Shown: positions 31,601 to 41,172 of the stretch, piece after piece | Numbering within the stretch: the first letter of the stretch is position 1 | How the letters are laid out: each line of letters opens with the position of its first letter | The notes under the pieces: generated by a model | What the model saw: the letters and a program-made list of their open reading frames with translations, nothing else | The model's database searches: none | Told to the model about the DNA's origin: nothing | Program-made: the position numbers and the translations under genes | Assembly (NCBI GenBank): GCA_963764165.1 | Contig: CAVXRD010000002.1 | Coordinates: forward strand, 3,136,001 to 3,200,000 | Length of the DNA stretch: 64,000 nucleotides | Direction of reading: 5' to 3' | Source of the DNA: an uncultured Verrucomicrobiae bacterium | GTDB taxonomy: Bacteria; Verrucomicrobiota; Verrucomicrobiia; Limisphaerales; Palsa-1400

Positions 31601-31993
31601 GCGCTCGGCCTCAAAGCGCGCCACCACGTTGCGCGTGTCCATGCCGAGCTTGATGATCTTGACCGCGACTTCGCGGCGAATGGGTTCGTTCTGGCTCGCC
31701 ATGTAGACAACGCCGCAGCCGCCTTCCCCGATTTTTTCGAGGAGCTTGTAGCGGCCCACCTTGCGCCCGGCCAAATCGTTGACCGGCAGCACGGACTCGA
31801 ATGCTTCCAATTGCGCCGGGGGAGTCTCGAGGAAGGTCTCAGCGTTGTTGTGCGAATTCAGCAGCGCCTCGACCCGGCGGAGCAGTTCATCATCGCCAGC
31901 GCAAGCCTCCGACAAGTAGGCGGCCCGCCGTTCCTCGGCCAAATCTATCGCCGCGGCAAATATCGTTTCTTCGGATTTGATTTCTCCGTTCAT
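28631..31993 (-). CDS. Membrane Ser/Thr protein kinase with WD40 repeats
   Basis: Intact kinase motifs; TM; LEGH...VVALAFN..GSVLASGSWDGSVRLW; start MNGEIK at 31993. Confidence 0.95.
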   Translation of the reverse strand: MNGEIKSEETIFAAAIDLAEERRAAYLSEACAGDDELLRRVEALLNSHNNAETFLETPPAQLEAFESVLPVNDLAGRKVGRYKLLEKIGEGGCGVVYMASQNEPIRREVAVKIIKLGMDTRNVVARFEAERQALAILDHPNIAKVLDAGATVSGRPYFVMELVRGVKITEFCDSHNLSTRERLELFIQVCGAIQHAHQKGIIHRDIKPSNILVTLNDGVPLPKVIDFGIAKATQEPLTDKTLFTAFEQFLGTPAYMSPEQAEMNAQGVDTRSDIYSLGVLLYELLTGRTPFPSDRLFRAGVDEIRRIIREEEPATPSTMLQTMANGDLTSTAMRRQTDVPKLVRTIRGELDWIVLKALEKDRTRRYETAERLARDVARHLADEPVAACPPDKWYLLAKAARRHKTAVTAAAAFVGVLILGLCGTLVAVVRIQSAREAEARATRVATDRLWNSSLAEAAALSSSHQAGQKEKSLAAILTAASIRVTDEVRDEAIAALALTDVKLGTPGYYSLSNWVLERRRAECSPDGSRYVLLDEPANVTIRAVFGDRPMLSIPRGTNRLFAARFTPDGSRALFWESPDGEHRAVSLWDVDHGKELLSHVPAGYSDAFSDDGSRLAVGAPNGGVMIFDTATGKEILRVSAGQDFNNLALAHENELLSGLSRDGRVLYIFELRSGGLLRSIKLGYGADCVAWDCAGKWLAIGGRDNRVHLMDRATFEERLALEGHFAPVVALAFNHAGSVLASGSWDGSVRLWLPDTGEQLVSIKATFQSLAFTADDRQLGVVAVDRHFRMLDIDVTPVYHRLHIDSAEHYAVAPSFSPDNQLLAVATDNSILLWNAETGKSEARFAVSNYCEGLVFSPDGGSLFVSERGVGLVKRPLVRKKPGWELGEPETVYASPELREVAIDRSGRHLAVADYGAGEAVVVDPASPSNVVHLRTHKNADYIAISPDGHWVGTGSWQNTEAKIWNVAAGGLDRSFAMPSRARVAFAPDSASYVLISTDYQTWKTNGTAGSWRQGGDWIQQVNRMAFSRNGRFAAYVHDFNRIAIMDSASHRVLYNIRAPGSALAFSAIALDADGKRLAAVESGGELQLWDLRALRAKVAALGLDWNDSPDSVPPMAANK

Positions 31994-32019
31994 GGGGCGG
32001 GCACAATTAGTATCCGCCT

Positions 32020-32100
32020 CTTCATGCGGAATTTCGAGCCTAATTGGCCCGCAAAAATTCAAAAAATATTTGGGCCGGTTTTTCCGGGAATTCCGCATGA
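32020..32100. promoter_or_regulatory. Back-to-back pair of putative ECF promoters
   Basis: Plus strand TGGGCC-N17-CGCATG and minus strand CGGGCC-N17-CGCATG, each facing one of the divergent genes. Confidence 0.6.
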
Positions 32101-32106
32101 CCCAGT

Positions 32107-33297
32107 ATGAAACCGAAATTTAAATCCATCTTCGCCGGGTTTGCCATTGCCATGGCAACAAGTTCGGCCACGGCCCAGGTGTGGACGGGCACGAGCGCGC
32201 CAAATAACATTGAATGGGGCGCCATCATTGGTTCCTCGGACGGCAGCCGGTTGGTGGCGGCGTCCGGTTTCCCCACCTTTTCCGTTTACGTATCCGCTGA
32301 CGGCGGCGGGACGTGGTCCCTGACCGCTCCCGTTCAGATCAGCGAGTTCACCGCTTCCGCGGACGCCATGCAAATCTATGGCTGTGAATTCAATGGCCGG
32401 AGCATTTATAAGTCGCAAGACGGCGGAGTGTCATGGACGCGATTGCCCGCGCCGCAGATCAATTGGTTCGATGTGGCAATGGCGGGAGGATCGAAAGTGG
32501 CCGCGCTCGGAGAAAACGGCACCCCCGGTCCGGCACAGTTTTTTACTTCCCTCGATTCCGGTCAAACCTGGACCCAGGTTATTCCACCAAACACCAACCT
32601 CTATCGCATGGCCTGCTCCGCAGACGGATCGAAATTGGTTTTAACATGCACCGCCGGAATTCTTACCTCCTCGGATTTTGGCGCCACCTGGGTTCAAGGC
32701 AACGCCCCCGGCGGCCAGTGGGGCGCCGTGGCTGCGTCAACCAACGGATCACGCCTCGTGGCGGTGCGAAGGGATCCCGGTGGAATATTCCAATCTGTCG
32801 ACGGCGGCGTGACGTGGATCCAGACTTCCGCGCCAACGGAGGTTTGGAACTGCGTTGCCTGTTCAGCGGATGGCAACGTCGTCGTGGCCGGCGTCTACAA
32901 CGGAACGCAGGGACCGCTCTACGTTTCCACCGACGGCGGGACTAATTGGAATGGCAGCAATCTTCCGAACGAGGCCTGGTATTCTGTATTCGCCTCGGGT
33001 GACGGTTCGAAATTGGCAGCCGCTTCCAGCGCCATTTCCGTGCTGAACGACGGCACCTTCTACGTCTCCGACCAAATCGCCATCACGACTCCGCGCCTGC
33101 TTTTGAACGCCACGTGCGACAATGGCGTGGCAACGATTTCGTGGCCGTGGCCGGCGGATGGATTCGTGTTGCAACAAAAGCCGTCCGCCGAGTCAAGCCA
33201 ATGGACAGACGTCACCAATACGCCGTTTGTCACCAATTACCAGTCCTTCGTGACTTTGCCCCTTGCCAGCGAAGCGCTGTTTCGATTGAAAAAATAA
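32107..33297 (+). CDS. Secreted BNR/Asp-box beta-propeller protein
   Basis: Repeated S.DGG.TW and A.S.DGS.LVA; signal peptide; C-terminal ..WP....F.LQ....W...TN...FRL domain. Confidence 0.85.
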   Translation: MKPKFKSIFAGFAIAMATSSATAQVWTGTSAPNNIEWGAIIGSSDGSRLVAASGFPTFSVYVSADGGGTWSLTAPVQISEFTASADAMQIYGCEFNGRSIYKSQDGGVSWTRLPAPQINWFDVAMAGGSKVAALGENGTPGPAQFFTSLDSGQTWTQVIPPNTNLYRMACSADGSKLVLTCTAGILTSSDFGATWVQGNAPGGQWGAVAASTNGSRLVAVRRDPGGIFQSVDGGVTWIQTSAPTEVWNCVACSADGNVVVAGVYNGTQGPLYVSTDGGTNWNGSNLPNEAWYSVFASGDGSKLAAASSAISVLNDGTFYVSDQIAITTPRLLLNATCDNGVATISWPWPADGFVLQQKPSAESSQWTDVTNTPFVTNYQSFVTLPLASEALFRLKK

Positions 33298-33345
33298 CGA
33301 TCGGAAAAAACGTTCCAGTTCTCCGCGAAGGCGGGCTCAAAACTA

Positions 33346-35511
33346 TTATTGACTCACCGGTGCATTGGTCATCACCCACTGTGTTGCGGCAGCGTCGAGA
33401 TGATTGGCTTTTTGCAGAAGCGAATCCGCTTCCGTTGCGCGGCCGAAATGCCGCGCGACCAGAGAGTGAATCGCCAGTTCGAGCGCGCTGGGCTCGCGCG
33501 CCTGCTTTTCAAATTTGTCCAGCGTGTTGGACGCGCCCTCAAATTGGCCGAGCCGGATTTGATCGAGGGCCAGGCTCAGAAAAGCGTGCTGGCTTGGCGG
33601 ATTGCAATCGATGCCGCGCTGGAACGCCTGCATGGCAAGATTTGTTTGCTGGAGACGGTCCAGCGTGATGCCGTAATTGTTCCAGACGTTGGCGTCCAGC
33701 GGGTCCATTTGCAGCGCTTGTTCGAGTTGCGCGCGAGCCGCAGGCAGGCGATCCATCGCGAGCAGCACATTGCCACGCTCGTGAAGGGAGGTCGCATCGG
33801 TCGGATCGAGCGCGATGCTTTTGTCCAAATCCGCCAGAGCTTCCGGGAAGCGCCCTTTTTCAAACGAAGCGACGGAACGAAAAAGATAATCGCGGGCAAA
33901 GGTTGGCAATTGCGCGTGAAACCAATTCGGCAGCGAAATGGCAGCCATGCATGCCGCGCTCGCCATCAGGCCTGCGCACTGTTTCCATTGTTGTTGACGC
34001 AGCGTTTCGATGAACCACGCCAATCCTCCACCGCCCAGGACCGCCATTGCCGGCCAAAGTGGATACCGGTAGCGGTCGCATATGAAAAAGCCGATGTCCG
34101 CCGCGGCGTAAAGCGCCAGATAAATCAGCACCACGAAGAGCGGCTCGCAGCGGCCCAATCGAAGCGCCGCCCAAATGCCGGCGGGCGCAAGCATGAGCAG
34201 CACCACCCACCGCACCGGCAGCCAGCGAAGCCAACCGAACTCCATTTGCAAAAAAGCGAACGCTTTGTTGTTGGGAACCTCCGCATTCCAAAACATCAAC
34301 CAAGTCTTCTTCGCCATGAGATGCAGCCAATGCGCCGGGTCGGCCTTGATTTCGAGAATCGCCTGGTGCGTCCAATATTTTGATATAGCCATCGGATCGG
34401 AATCCGGTGGCCGCCCCGCGGCCTGCATCGCCGCCGCATATTCCTGCCGCGCCCACACTTCCACCGAATCCTCGTATTCCTCGCTGTAATCGACGCGCCG
34501 ATTCAATTCCACCGTCATCCCGTCGGCTTTGCGTTTGTTGCCGAGATAAAGATTGACGCCTCCCGCCGAGGGGATTGCTTGCAGACGATCGGATTGCATT
34601 TTATTGACAAAAGCCCATGGAATTCCCATGAGCACCCCGCCTGCCAGCGCCCACAGCGGAACCAGCGCAGCCCAACGCCGCGAATTCCACCAGCGCCACG
34701 CGGCCAGCGACGGATACACCGCCATGAAGACGAGAATATTCGGGCGCGCCTGCGCCGTGAGAACGGTCACAGCACCGCAGAGAATCCAAAGCAGCGCGCA
34801 TTTGTAGGCCGGGTCCCCTGACCCGGCGGTTGCGGGTGTATTGGCAACGTTGTCATCCGAATTCACCTTTCCTGGTCTAAGCTGTTCCCCGCCGGGTGAG
34901 GGCACCCGGCCTGCAACAGGAGGCTCCCGCCGAGCCGTCCCCGTTGCATCAAATTCCGCCGTTCGTATGACAAGCCAAACACCGAGAAAAATCAGGAATA
35001 TATAACTCGATTCAATCAGCAACTCCCCCTCGAAATAAAGCGGCACCGGCGCGAGCAAATACAAAGCCCCTCCCAAGATTCCGCACACGCGATTCCGAAA
35101 AACGCGAGCGCCAATCAGCGCCACCAAAATCCCGGTGAAGATTCCCAGCAAATGCTGCGTCACAATAGCCAAATCCACTCCATGCGCGCCGCCGATTTTA
35201 TAAATGGCCGCGAGGAACATCGGATAAAGCAGCGGACGCAGCCCGCGCAGCAAATGCAAATCGCGTCCCGATTCGATCATGCGCGCCGCCATGTCGTAAT
35301 ACTTTTGGTCGAGCGTCGGCACTCCGAAGGAAGGCGAGTGCGCGTGCTCCAGCAGAAAGCCGGTGCGGACGATCAAGCCTAGCAGGAAAAGATAAAGAAG
35401 CCAGCTTCTGAATCGTTCCGGCGAAATGTCCCTCCCAAAAAGCGCCTCTGGCTTGGCGGGAATTTTGGCCCCGCTCGATATTGCGTCTCGTTCCGGCGCA
35501 TTCGGATTCAT
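33346..35511 (-). CDS. ArnT/PMT (GT-C fold) glycosyltransferase-like membrane protein with C-terminal TPRs
   Basis: D..YYD..A, RPLLYP.FLA, EGELLIES, RPN, RYRYP motifs; multiple TMs; TPRs; contains an in-frame repeat insertion. Confidence 0.85.
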   Translation of the reverse strand: MNPNAPERDAISSGAKIPAKPEALFGRDISPERFRSWLLYLFLLGLIVRTGFLLEHAHSPSFGVPTLDQKYYDMAARMIESGRDLHLLRGLRPLLYPMFLAAIYKIGGAHGVDLAIVTQHLLGIFTGILVALIGARVFRNRVCGILGGALYLLAPVPLYFEGELLIESSYIFLIFLGVWLVIRTAEFDATGTARREPPVAGRVPSPGGEQLRPGKVNSDDNVANTPATAGSGDPAYKCALLWILCGAVTVLTAQARPNILVFMAVYPSLAAWRWWNSRRWAALVPLWALAGGVLMGIPWAFVNKMQSDRLQAIPSAGGVNLYLGNKRKADGMTVELNRRVDYSEEYEDSVEVWARQEYAAAMQAAGRPPDSDPMAISKYWTHQAILEIKADPAHWLHLMAKKTWLMFWNAEVPNNKAFAFLQMEFGWLRWLPVRWVVLLMLAPAGIWAALRLGRCEPLFVVLIYLALYAAADIGFFICDRYRYPLWPAMAVLGGGGLAWFIETLRQQQWKQCAGLMASAACMAAISLPNWFHAQLPTFARDYLFRSVASFEKGRFPEALADLDKSIALDPTDATSLHERGNVLLAMDRLPAARAQLEQALQMDPLDANVWNNYGITLDRLQQTNLAMQAFQRGIDCNPPSQHAFLSLALDQIRLGQFEGASNTLDKFEKQAREPSALELAIHSLVARHFGRATEADSLLQKANHLDAAATQWVMTNAPVSQ
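34803..34915. repeat. Inverted REP doublet located inside a coding sequence
   Basis: tgtaggccgggtcccctgacccggcgg vs reverse complement of ccgccgggtgagggcacccggcctgca (24/27 identical). Confidence 0.8.
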
Positions 35512-36428
35512 TGCGGCTTGGCGGCGGCGATGATATCGGCGACAAATTCATCCACCGTCCACTTGTTGCCGCCGACGATATTGCGGATGCGCCCGTTCGG
35601 GGCGACGACGACGGTGCGCAGGTTGTGGCCGATGCTGCCGTCCTCGGTCCAGTAATTCTCGCCCATCTGGTCCGCCAATCCGCCGATTTGCTCGGGAGAA
35701 CCGGTCAGGAAACTCCAGTGCGCGCTGTTGTAATTCACGGATGTGCCGTAATCCGCCAGATGCGCGGGCGTGTCGCGCTTCGGGTCGAACGAAATGGAAT
35801 ACAGATGCCAATGCGCGGGCGCGTTGGTGGCAGCTTCCAAGGCGCGTTCGGCCTCGCCGAATTGCAGGGTCATCTTTGGGCAAAAATCCGGGTAGGGGCA
35901 GCTTGTAAAGAAGAAGGTGAAGGCGATCACTTCGCCTTTTAATTTGGCGAGGTTGACGGCCTGGCCCAATTCGTTGGTGAGGGTGTATTCCGGGAGCGGG
36001 TCGCCGGGAACCAGCGGCTCGAGCGCGTGCGTCAGCGTTATGGAGGACGAATTCGTCGTATAGGACCAATTGGTCGTATTGGTCGTATTCAGCCTCACCA
36101 GAGACTGAATCCACCCTTCCTTCGGAGTGACCGCCAGTTGGAAAGAAACGGCATCTCCCGGCTGAATCCCGCGCAGGATATTGGTATCCTTCACCTCAAA
36201 CGGCATCACCATCGCATCCATATAGCCGGGGATTTTTTCGTGGCGGATCACGACGCTTTTGCCATCAGAGGGCAGCTCCTTCACCACACCTTTGACGGAA
36301 TAAATGTTTGTTCCGGCGCCATCCGCCACTGCATTGCGCTGGCAATTTCCAAGGAAAAACAATAAAACTAATGCTGCACCTATGGAAGAAGCTGCGCGGT
36401 CGAACAAGTTGCGCCAAACAAATCGCAA
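35508..36428 (-). CDS. SCO-family protein with N-terminal CusF-like copper-binding domain
   Basis: HEKIPGYMDAMVMPF; FFTSCPYPDFCP; SISFDP.RDTP; GHNLRT; start uncertain. Confidence 0.85.
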   Translation of the reverse strand: MRFVWRNLFDRAASSIGAALVLLFFLGNCQRNAVADGAGTNIYSVKGVVKELPSDGKSVVIRHEKIPGYMDAMVMPFEVKDTNILRGIQPGDAVSFQLAVTPKEGWIQSLVRLNTTNTTNWSYTTNSSSITLTHALEPLVPGDPLPEYTLTNELGQAVNLAKLKGEVIAFTFFFTSCPYPDFCPKMTLQFGEAERALEAATNAPAHWHLYSISFDPKRDTPAHLADYGTSVNYNSAHWSFLTGSPEQIGGLADQMGENYWTEDGSIGHNLRTVVVAPNGRIRNIVGGNKWTVDEFVADIIAAAKPQ

Positions 36429-36538
36429 TTTCAGGCGTGCTAAATCAGAGAAACTGAATTTGACTGTGGGTGACGCTTTGCTAAAGTCAGCAGACGTTTC
36501 GACGTCGCCCCCGGGCGAGTTTTTACAGGACATTTTAT

Positions 36539-39295
36539 ATGGCAAAATCATCAAGTTCCGAAAAATATGTATATCTGTTCGGCAATAAAAAAGCCGACGG
36601 CCACGGAGGCATGAAGCCCCTCCTGGGCGGCAAAGGAGCCAATCTTGCGGAAATGACCCGCATCGGCCTCCCCGTTCCTCCCGGCTTTACCATCACCACG
36701 GAAGTATGCACTTATTATTACGCCCATGGGCGGACTTATCCAAAACAATTGTGGGCGGAGGTCAAGGCCGCCGTCGCCAACACCGAAAAAATTCTCGGCA
36801 AGAAATTCGGCGACACCCAAAAGCCCCTGCTGGTGGCAGTGCGCTCGGGCGCACGGGATTCGATGCCGGGCATGATGGACACCATCTTGAACCTCGGCTT
36901 GAACGACCAGACTGTTCTGGCCCTGGAGAAGGTCAGCAATAATCCGCGCTTCGCGTGGGATTGCTACCGCCGCTTCATCCAAATGTATGGCGACGTCGTC
37001 ATGGGCGTCCAGAAAGCCCCCGGCGAAGACCACGAACCTTTTGAAACCGTCATCGACGGCTTGAAGGCCGAGCTGTTCCCCAAGGAAAAGCACGTTGAAG
37101 ACACGCGCATTGACCACGCTGGTTTGCAGGAATTGGTCAAGCGTTTCAAAGCACTAATCAAGGAACGCACGAAGAAAGAATTCCCGACCGACCCGTGGAA
37201 GCAATTGGAAGGCGCCGTCAGCGCCGTGTTCGGCTCCTGGATGAACGACCGCGCGATTGTTTACCGCCAGAAATATAACATCCCCACCGAATGGGGAACT
37301 GCCGTCAACGTCCAGTCCATGGTGTTCGGCAATACTGGTGAAAAGTCCGGTTCCGGCGTTGCCTTCACCCGCGACCCGGCGAGCGGCGAAAAAGTGTTCT
37401 ACGGCGAATTCCTCATCAACGCCCAAGGCGAAGACGTTGTGGCCGGCGTTCGCACACCCAATCCGGTGGCGGAATTGGCCGCGATCATGCCCGCCGCCGC
37501 AAAAGAACTGGAAAAAGTCCGCCAGACTTTGGAAAGCCATTTCCGCGATGTGCAGGACTTCGAGTTCACCATCGAAGATGGCAAATTGTTCATGCTCCAA
37601 ACCCGCAATGGCAAACGCACCGGCCTCGCCGCCGTTCGCTTCGCTGTCGAAATGGAGAAGGAAAAACTCATTAGCTGGGAGGAAGCCGTCCAACGCGTGC
37701 CTGCCGAACAGCTCGACCAGGTTCTCGCGCCCGTGTTTGACCGCGCGGCCATCAAAGCGGCCAAGGTCATCGCCAAAGGTTTGCCCGCCGGTCCCGGCGC
37801 GGCCACTGGAAAAATCTATTTCAACGCTGACCGCGCTGTTGAAGCCGCCCACAAAGGCGAAAAAGTTCTCCTCGTCCGTCTCGAGACTTCGCCCGAAGAT
37901 CTTCGCGGCATGATCGCCGCGGAAGGCATCCTGACGGCCCGCGGCGGTGTCAGTTCGCACGCGGCCCTCGTCGCCCGCCAGATGGGCAAAGTCTGCGTCT
38001 GCGGGGCGAGCGCGCTGCACGTCGATTATTCTGCCCGCAAATTGGAAGTTGGCGGCAAGAAGTATAATGAAGGCGATTTCCTCTCCATTGATGGCACCTC
38101 CGGCGAAGTTTACGAAGGCGAGTTGAAAACCGCGCCTTCAGAAATCATCCAGGTGCTCATCGCCAAGACGCTCCAACCGAAGGAAAGCAAGACGTATCAG
38201 AACTTCGCGCAATTGATGAAGTGGTGCGACAAAGCCACCCGCATGCAAGTGCGCACGAACGCGGATTCGCCCGAGCAGGTTGCCAACGCTCTCGGCTTTG
38301 GCGCGGTCGGCATCGGCCTTTGCCGCACGGAACACATGTTCTTTGAAGGCAACCGCATCGACGCCATGCGCGAAATGATCCTGGCGGACAGCTTGGAAGC
38401 GCGCAAAGCGGCGCTCGCCAAATTGCTGCCATATCAGCGCGACGACTTCGCCGGAATTTTCCGCGAATTGAAAGGGTTGCCTGCGACCATCCGCACGCTC
38501 GACCCACCCTTGCACGAATTCCTCCCGCACGACGGAGCGGCCCAGGCGGACCTCGCCAAGAAGATGGGCGTGCCCGTCGAGAAAATCTCCAAGCGCGTGG
38601 CTGAATTGCATGAATTCAACCCGATGCTTGGATTGCGCGGTTGCCGTTTGGGAATCACCTTCCCTGAAATCACGGAGATGCAGACACGCGCCATCATCGA
38701 GGCGGCCATCATCGTGCAGAAGGAAGGCATCCCGGTGAAGCCCGAGATCATGATCGTTCTCGTCGGCTTCCCGAAGGAACTCCTGCAGCAGTTGGAGATC
38801 GTCAACAAGACGGCCAAGCTGGTAATGGAAGAGAAGAAGACCAAGGTCAAATACATGGTCGGCACGATGATCGAAATCCCCCGCGGCGCCCTTGCGGCCG
38901 ACGAGATCGCGAAGGACGCGCAGTTCTTCAGCTTCGGCACCAACGACCTGACCCAGACGTGCCTCGGCATGAGCCGCGACGATTCGGGCTCGTTCCTGCC
39001 ACGTTACCAGGAATTGGAGATCATCAAGCAGAACCCGTTCGCCACGATTGACCAATCCGGCGTCGGCGCACTGGTAAAGATCGCGGTTGAAAAAGGCCGC
39101 CAGACACGCCCCGACATCAAGCTCGGCATCTGCGGCGAACACGGTGGCGATCCAGCCAGCGTGAAGTTCTTCCACCGCGTCGGCTTGAGCTACGTGAGCT
39201 GCTCGCCCTTCCGCGTCCCGATCGCCCGCCTCGCCGCCGCCCAGGCTGCGCTGGAGGAAAAGGCCGCGGCCAAGGCTCCGGCCAAGAAAAAGTAA
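36539..39295 (+). CDS. ppdK: Pyruvate, phosphate dikinase
   Basis: [54 protein letters not shown]. Confidence 0.98.
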   Translation: MAKSSSSEKYVYLFGNKKADGHGGMKPLLGGKGANLAEMTRIGLPVPPGFTITTEVCTYYYAHGRTYPKQLWAEVKAAVANTEKILGKKFGDTQKPLLVAVRSGARDSMPGMMDTILNLGLNDQTVLALEKVSNNPRFAWDCYRRFIQMYGDVVMGVQKAPGEDHEPFETVIDGLKAELFPKEKHVEDTRIDHAGLQELVKRFKALIKERTKKEFPTDPWKQLEGAVSAVFGSWMNDRAIVYRQKYNIPTEWGTAVNVQSMVFGNTGEKSGSGVAFTRDPASGEKVFYGEFLINAQGEDVVAGVRTPNPVAELAAIMPAAAKELEKVRQTLESHFRDVQDFEFTIEDGKLFMLQTRNGKRTGLAAVRFAVEMEKEKLISWEEAVQRVPAEQLDQVLAPVFDRAAIKAAKVIAKGLPAGPGAATGKIYFNADRAVEAAHKGEKVLLVRLETSPEDLRGMIAAEGILTARGGVSSHAALVARQMGKVCVCGASALHVDYSARKLEVGGKKYNEGDFLSIDGTSGEVYEGELKTAPSEIIQVLIAKTLQPKESKTYQNFAQLMKWCDKATRMQVRTNADSPEQVANALGFGAVGIGLCRTEHMFFEGNRIDAMREMILADSLEARKAALAKLLPYQRDDFAGIFRELKGLPATIRTLDPPLHEFLPHDGAAQADLAKKMGVPVEKISKRVAELHEFNPMLGLRGCRLGITFPEITEMQTRAIIEAAIIVQKEGIPVKPEIMIVLVGFPKELLQQLEIVNKTAKLVMEEKKTKVKYMVGTMIEIPRGALAADEIAKDAQFFSFGTNDLTQTCLGMSRDDSGSFLPRYQELEIIKQNPFATIDQSGVGALVKIAVEKGRQTRPDIKLGICGEHGGDPASVKFFHRVGLSYVSCSPFRVPIARLAAAQAALEEKAAAKAPAKKK

Positions 39296-39324
39296 GCCAC
39301 GAGCCGATAGAATATCGCAACATG

Positions 39325-39355
39325 AGCGCCCGCCGATTCCGGTGGGCGCTTTTTT
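39325..39355 (+). terminator. Intrinsic terminator of ppdK
   Basis: agcgcccgccg-attc-cggtgggcgct-ttttt. Confidence 0.85.
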
Positions 39356-39496
39356 GTGGCTGGTTTGCTGTTCCCCATTTTTCACACGTTTTCAAAAACA
39401 CTTTTTCAAAAAGCAGGTGCAATCAGGCGCGATTTGCCGTTACACTACTAGTAGCCGTGTTCGATCTTGGTTTGTGATTCAGTGGCATCCCAACTT

Positions 39497-40432
39497 ATGA
39501 AAAAGTGCCCCATTTGCGGAGCTGTTTACGATGATCTATACACAATGTGCCGGGACGGCGGAAAACTCGTGGACGCACCCGGTGCAGTCGCAGAGGTTCC
39601 GACACCGGCCTCGATCTCACACAGATTGCCGCAAACCCAACCAGTGAGGGCAGTCACGGCGTCCGAACTTTCGGGTCGTGAAAAGGAGTTGCTGGCTGTA
39701 GCATTGGCCTTTCGCGCCAGAAATGTTTTCTTCTGGTTGGCCGCCGGCGGCGTATCGGCGTGGGCCGTTCCAGTTGTGGAATCGTGGGCCGGCGAACAGC
39801 TACCAAGGGCTCTCTCAAACCTAACTTTTGCGATTTGGGTGGGAATGCCTGTAATTTGCCTTATTCCGTGCGCAACGTCTCTTTACAGGCTGCTCAAAGT
39901 CGTCAAGGGGTGGCAAAAACATGCGTTATGGGTTTTTGTTCCCATCTCAGTGGTTCCGATTTTTGGGGTGTTGGTTTATGTATATTTCTACAAGTTTTCA
40001 AGCCAGATTCTTGGACTCGGAGGCCCTGACGCCGCTCCGCTCTTCTCGCCGATGCGGCGATGCGTCTGTGGGAAAATGATGAAGGCGGTGTCCGTGAAGC
40101 AGTGGACTAAGTTTGTCAGCGGGGCCAAATCCGGGTACGAGCTGACATTCAAGTGCGACAAGTGCAACGAGACGGTTGTGCTGCCCTCCGGGACTCGGGT
40201 GGCTCAATGTCTGGTCGCAGCCATGCTTGGTCCAATGGGTGTGGTTTGCATTTACAATGGCGTTCGACATGGCTCGATTGGGAACTGCATCATCGGAGCG
40301 GCCCTTCTCGCGGCTGGGATTTGGAGCCTGCTTATTCTCATCAAATCCATTAAGAATATGCTGATTTATCGCGAAATCGACATGGTTACCAAGATAAAGG
40401 CGCTCGCGATATCGATACGTGAGCAGCCATGA
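39497..40432 (+). CDS. Hypothetical membrane protein with Cys-pair (zinc-ribbon-like) motifs
   Basis: MKKCPICG..C; CVCGK..CDKC; several TM segments. Confidence 0.6.
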   Translation: MKKCPICGAVYDDLYTMCRDGGKLVDAPGAVAEVPTPASISHRLPQTQPVRAVTASELSGREKELLAVALAFRARNVFFWLAAGGVSAWAVPVVESWAGEQLPRALSNLTFAIWVGMPVICLIPCATSLYRLLKVVKGWQKHALWVFVPISVVPIFGVLVYVYFYKFSSQILGLGGPDAAPLFSPMRRCVCGKMMKAVSVKQWTKFVSGAKSGYELTFKCDKCNETVVLPSGTRVAQCLVAAMLGPMGVVCIYNGVRHGSIGNCIIGAALLAAGIWSLLILIKSIKNMLIYREIDMVTKIKALAISIREQP

Positions 40433-40748
40433 ACGTGGCGCGTAGAGGCTATCGGCGCGTCCATGATGCTTTGCCCATCCTTCGCGCCTTCGCCCATTCT
40501 TTGGGAAAATAAAATAATCTGGAACATCAGGAATGATCCCGATTTGTTTATCGGACGATGGACGCGAGGTGGATTCTGGAAGAAATGCTTAATGGCGGAC
40601 CCGATTTAGCGACGCGCGTGAAACCAACTTCCGTCTCTCTGTACCTGCATTGCGATGAATCGGCGCGGACGCAGTTATCCGATCTATTTTCAAAACGCGC
40701 TCTTATTGGCTTTCGGCGCTTCGCGGTTGGGAATATGCTCCAAACATT

Positions 40749-41153
40749 ATGACCATTCAGGTGGCGGTACTGTGCGATGCGGCGACGGATTACAGCGGGA
40801 AGCTCAATGTTCTCGGCACTTTCGACACCATTTACGCGACAGAAATTCCCATGCAGCACCCGCAATTTGCCATCGCCGTCCGGGTCGCCTTTGACCGGCA
40901 TGAAGAGGGAAATCACGCTCTGCATATCAATTTCGTGGATGAGGACGGCCAGCCGATCATGAAGAGCATGGATGTCCCGGTGGATGTCCAATTTCCCGCC
41001 GACGCCACGTTTGTTTCGCGGAATGTCGTGGTGAACATCATCCAATTGAATTTCCCCCAGCCGGGGCTTTACTCGATCGACCTTTCGCTGGATGACCGGC
41101 CGCTGGCTGGAATTCCGCTGGCGGTAAAACAATTGATGCAGAAGCACGCTTGA
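40749..41153 (+). CDS. Conserved hypothetical protein (DUF6941-like)
   Basis: LCDAA....GKLNVLG.FD.I...P..H; F..PG.Y. Confidence 0.7.
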   Translation: MTIQVAVLCDAATDYSGKLNVLGTFDTIYATEIPMQHPQFAIAVRVAFDRHEEGNHALHINFVDEDGQPIMKSMDVPVDVQFPADATFVSRNVVVNIIQLNFPQPGLYSIDLSLDDRPLAGIPLAVKQLMQKHA

Positions 41154-41172
41154 TTCGTTAAATTGACTCCCG

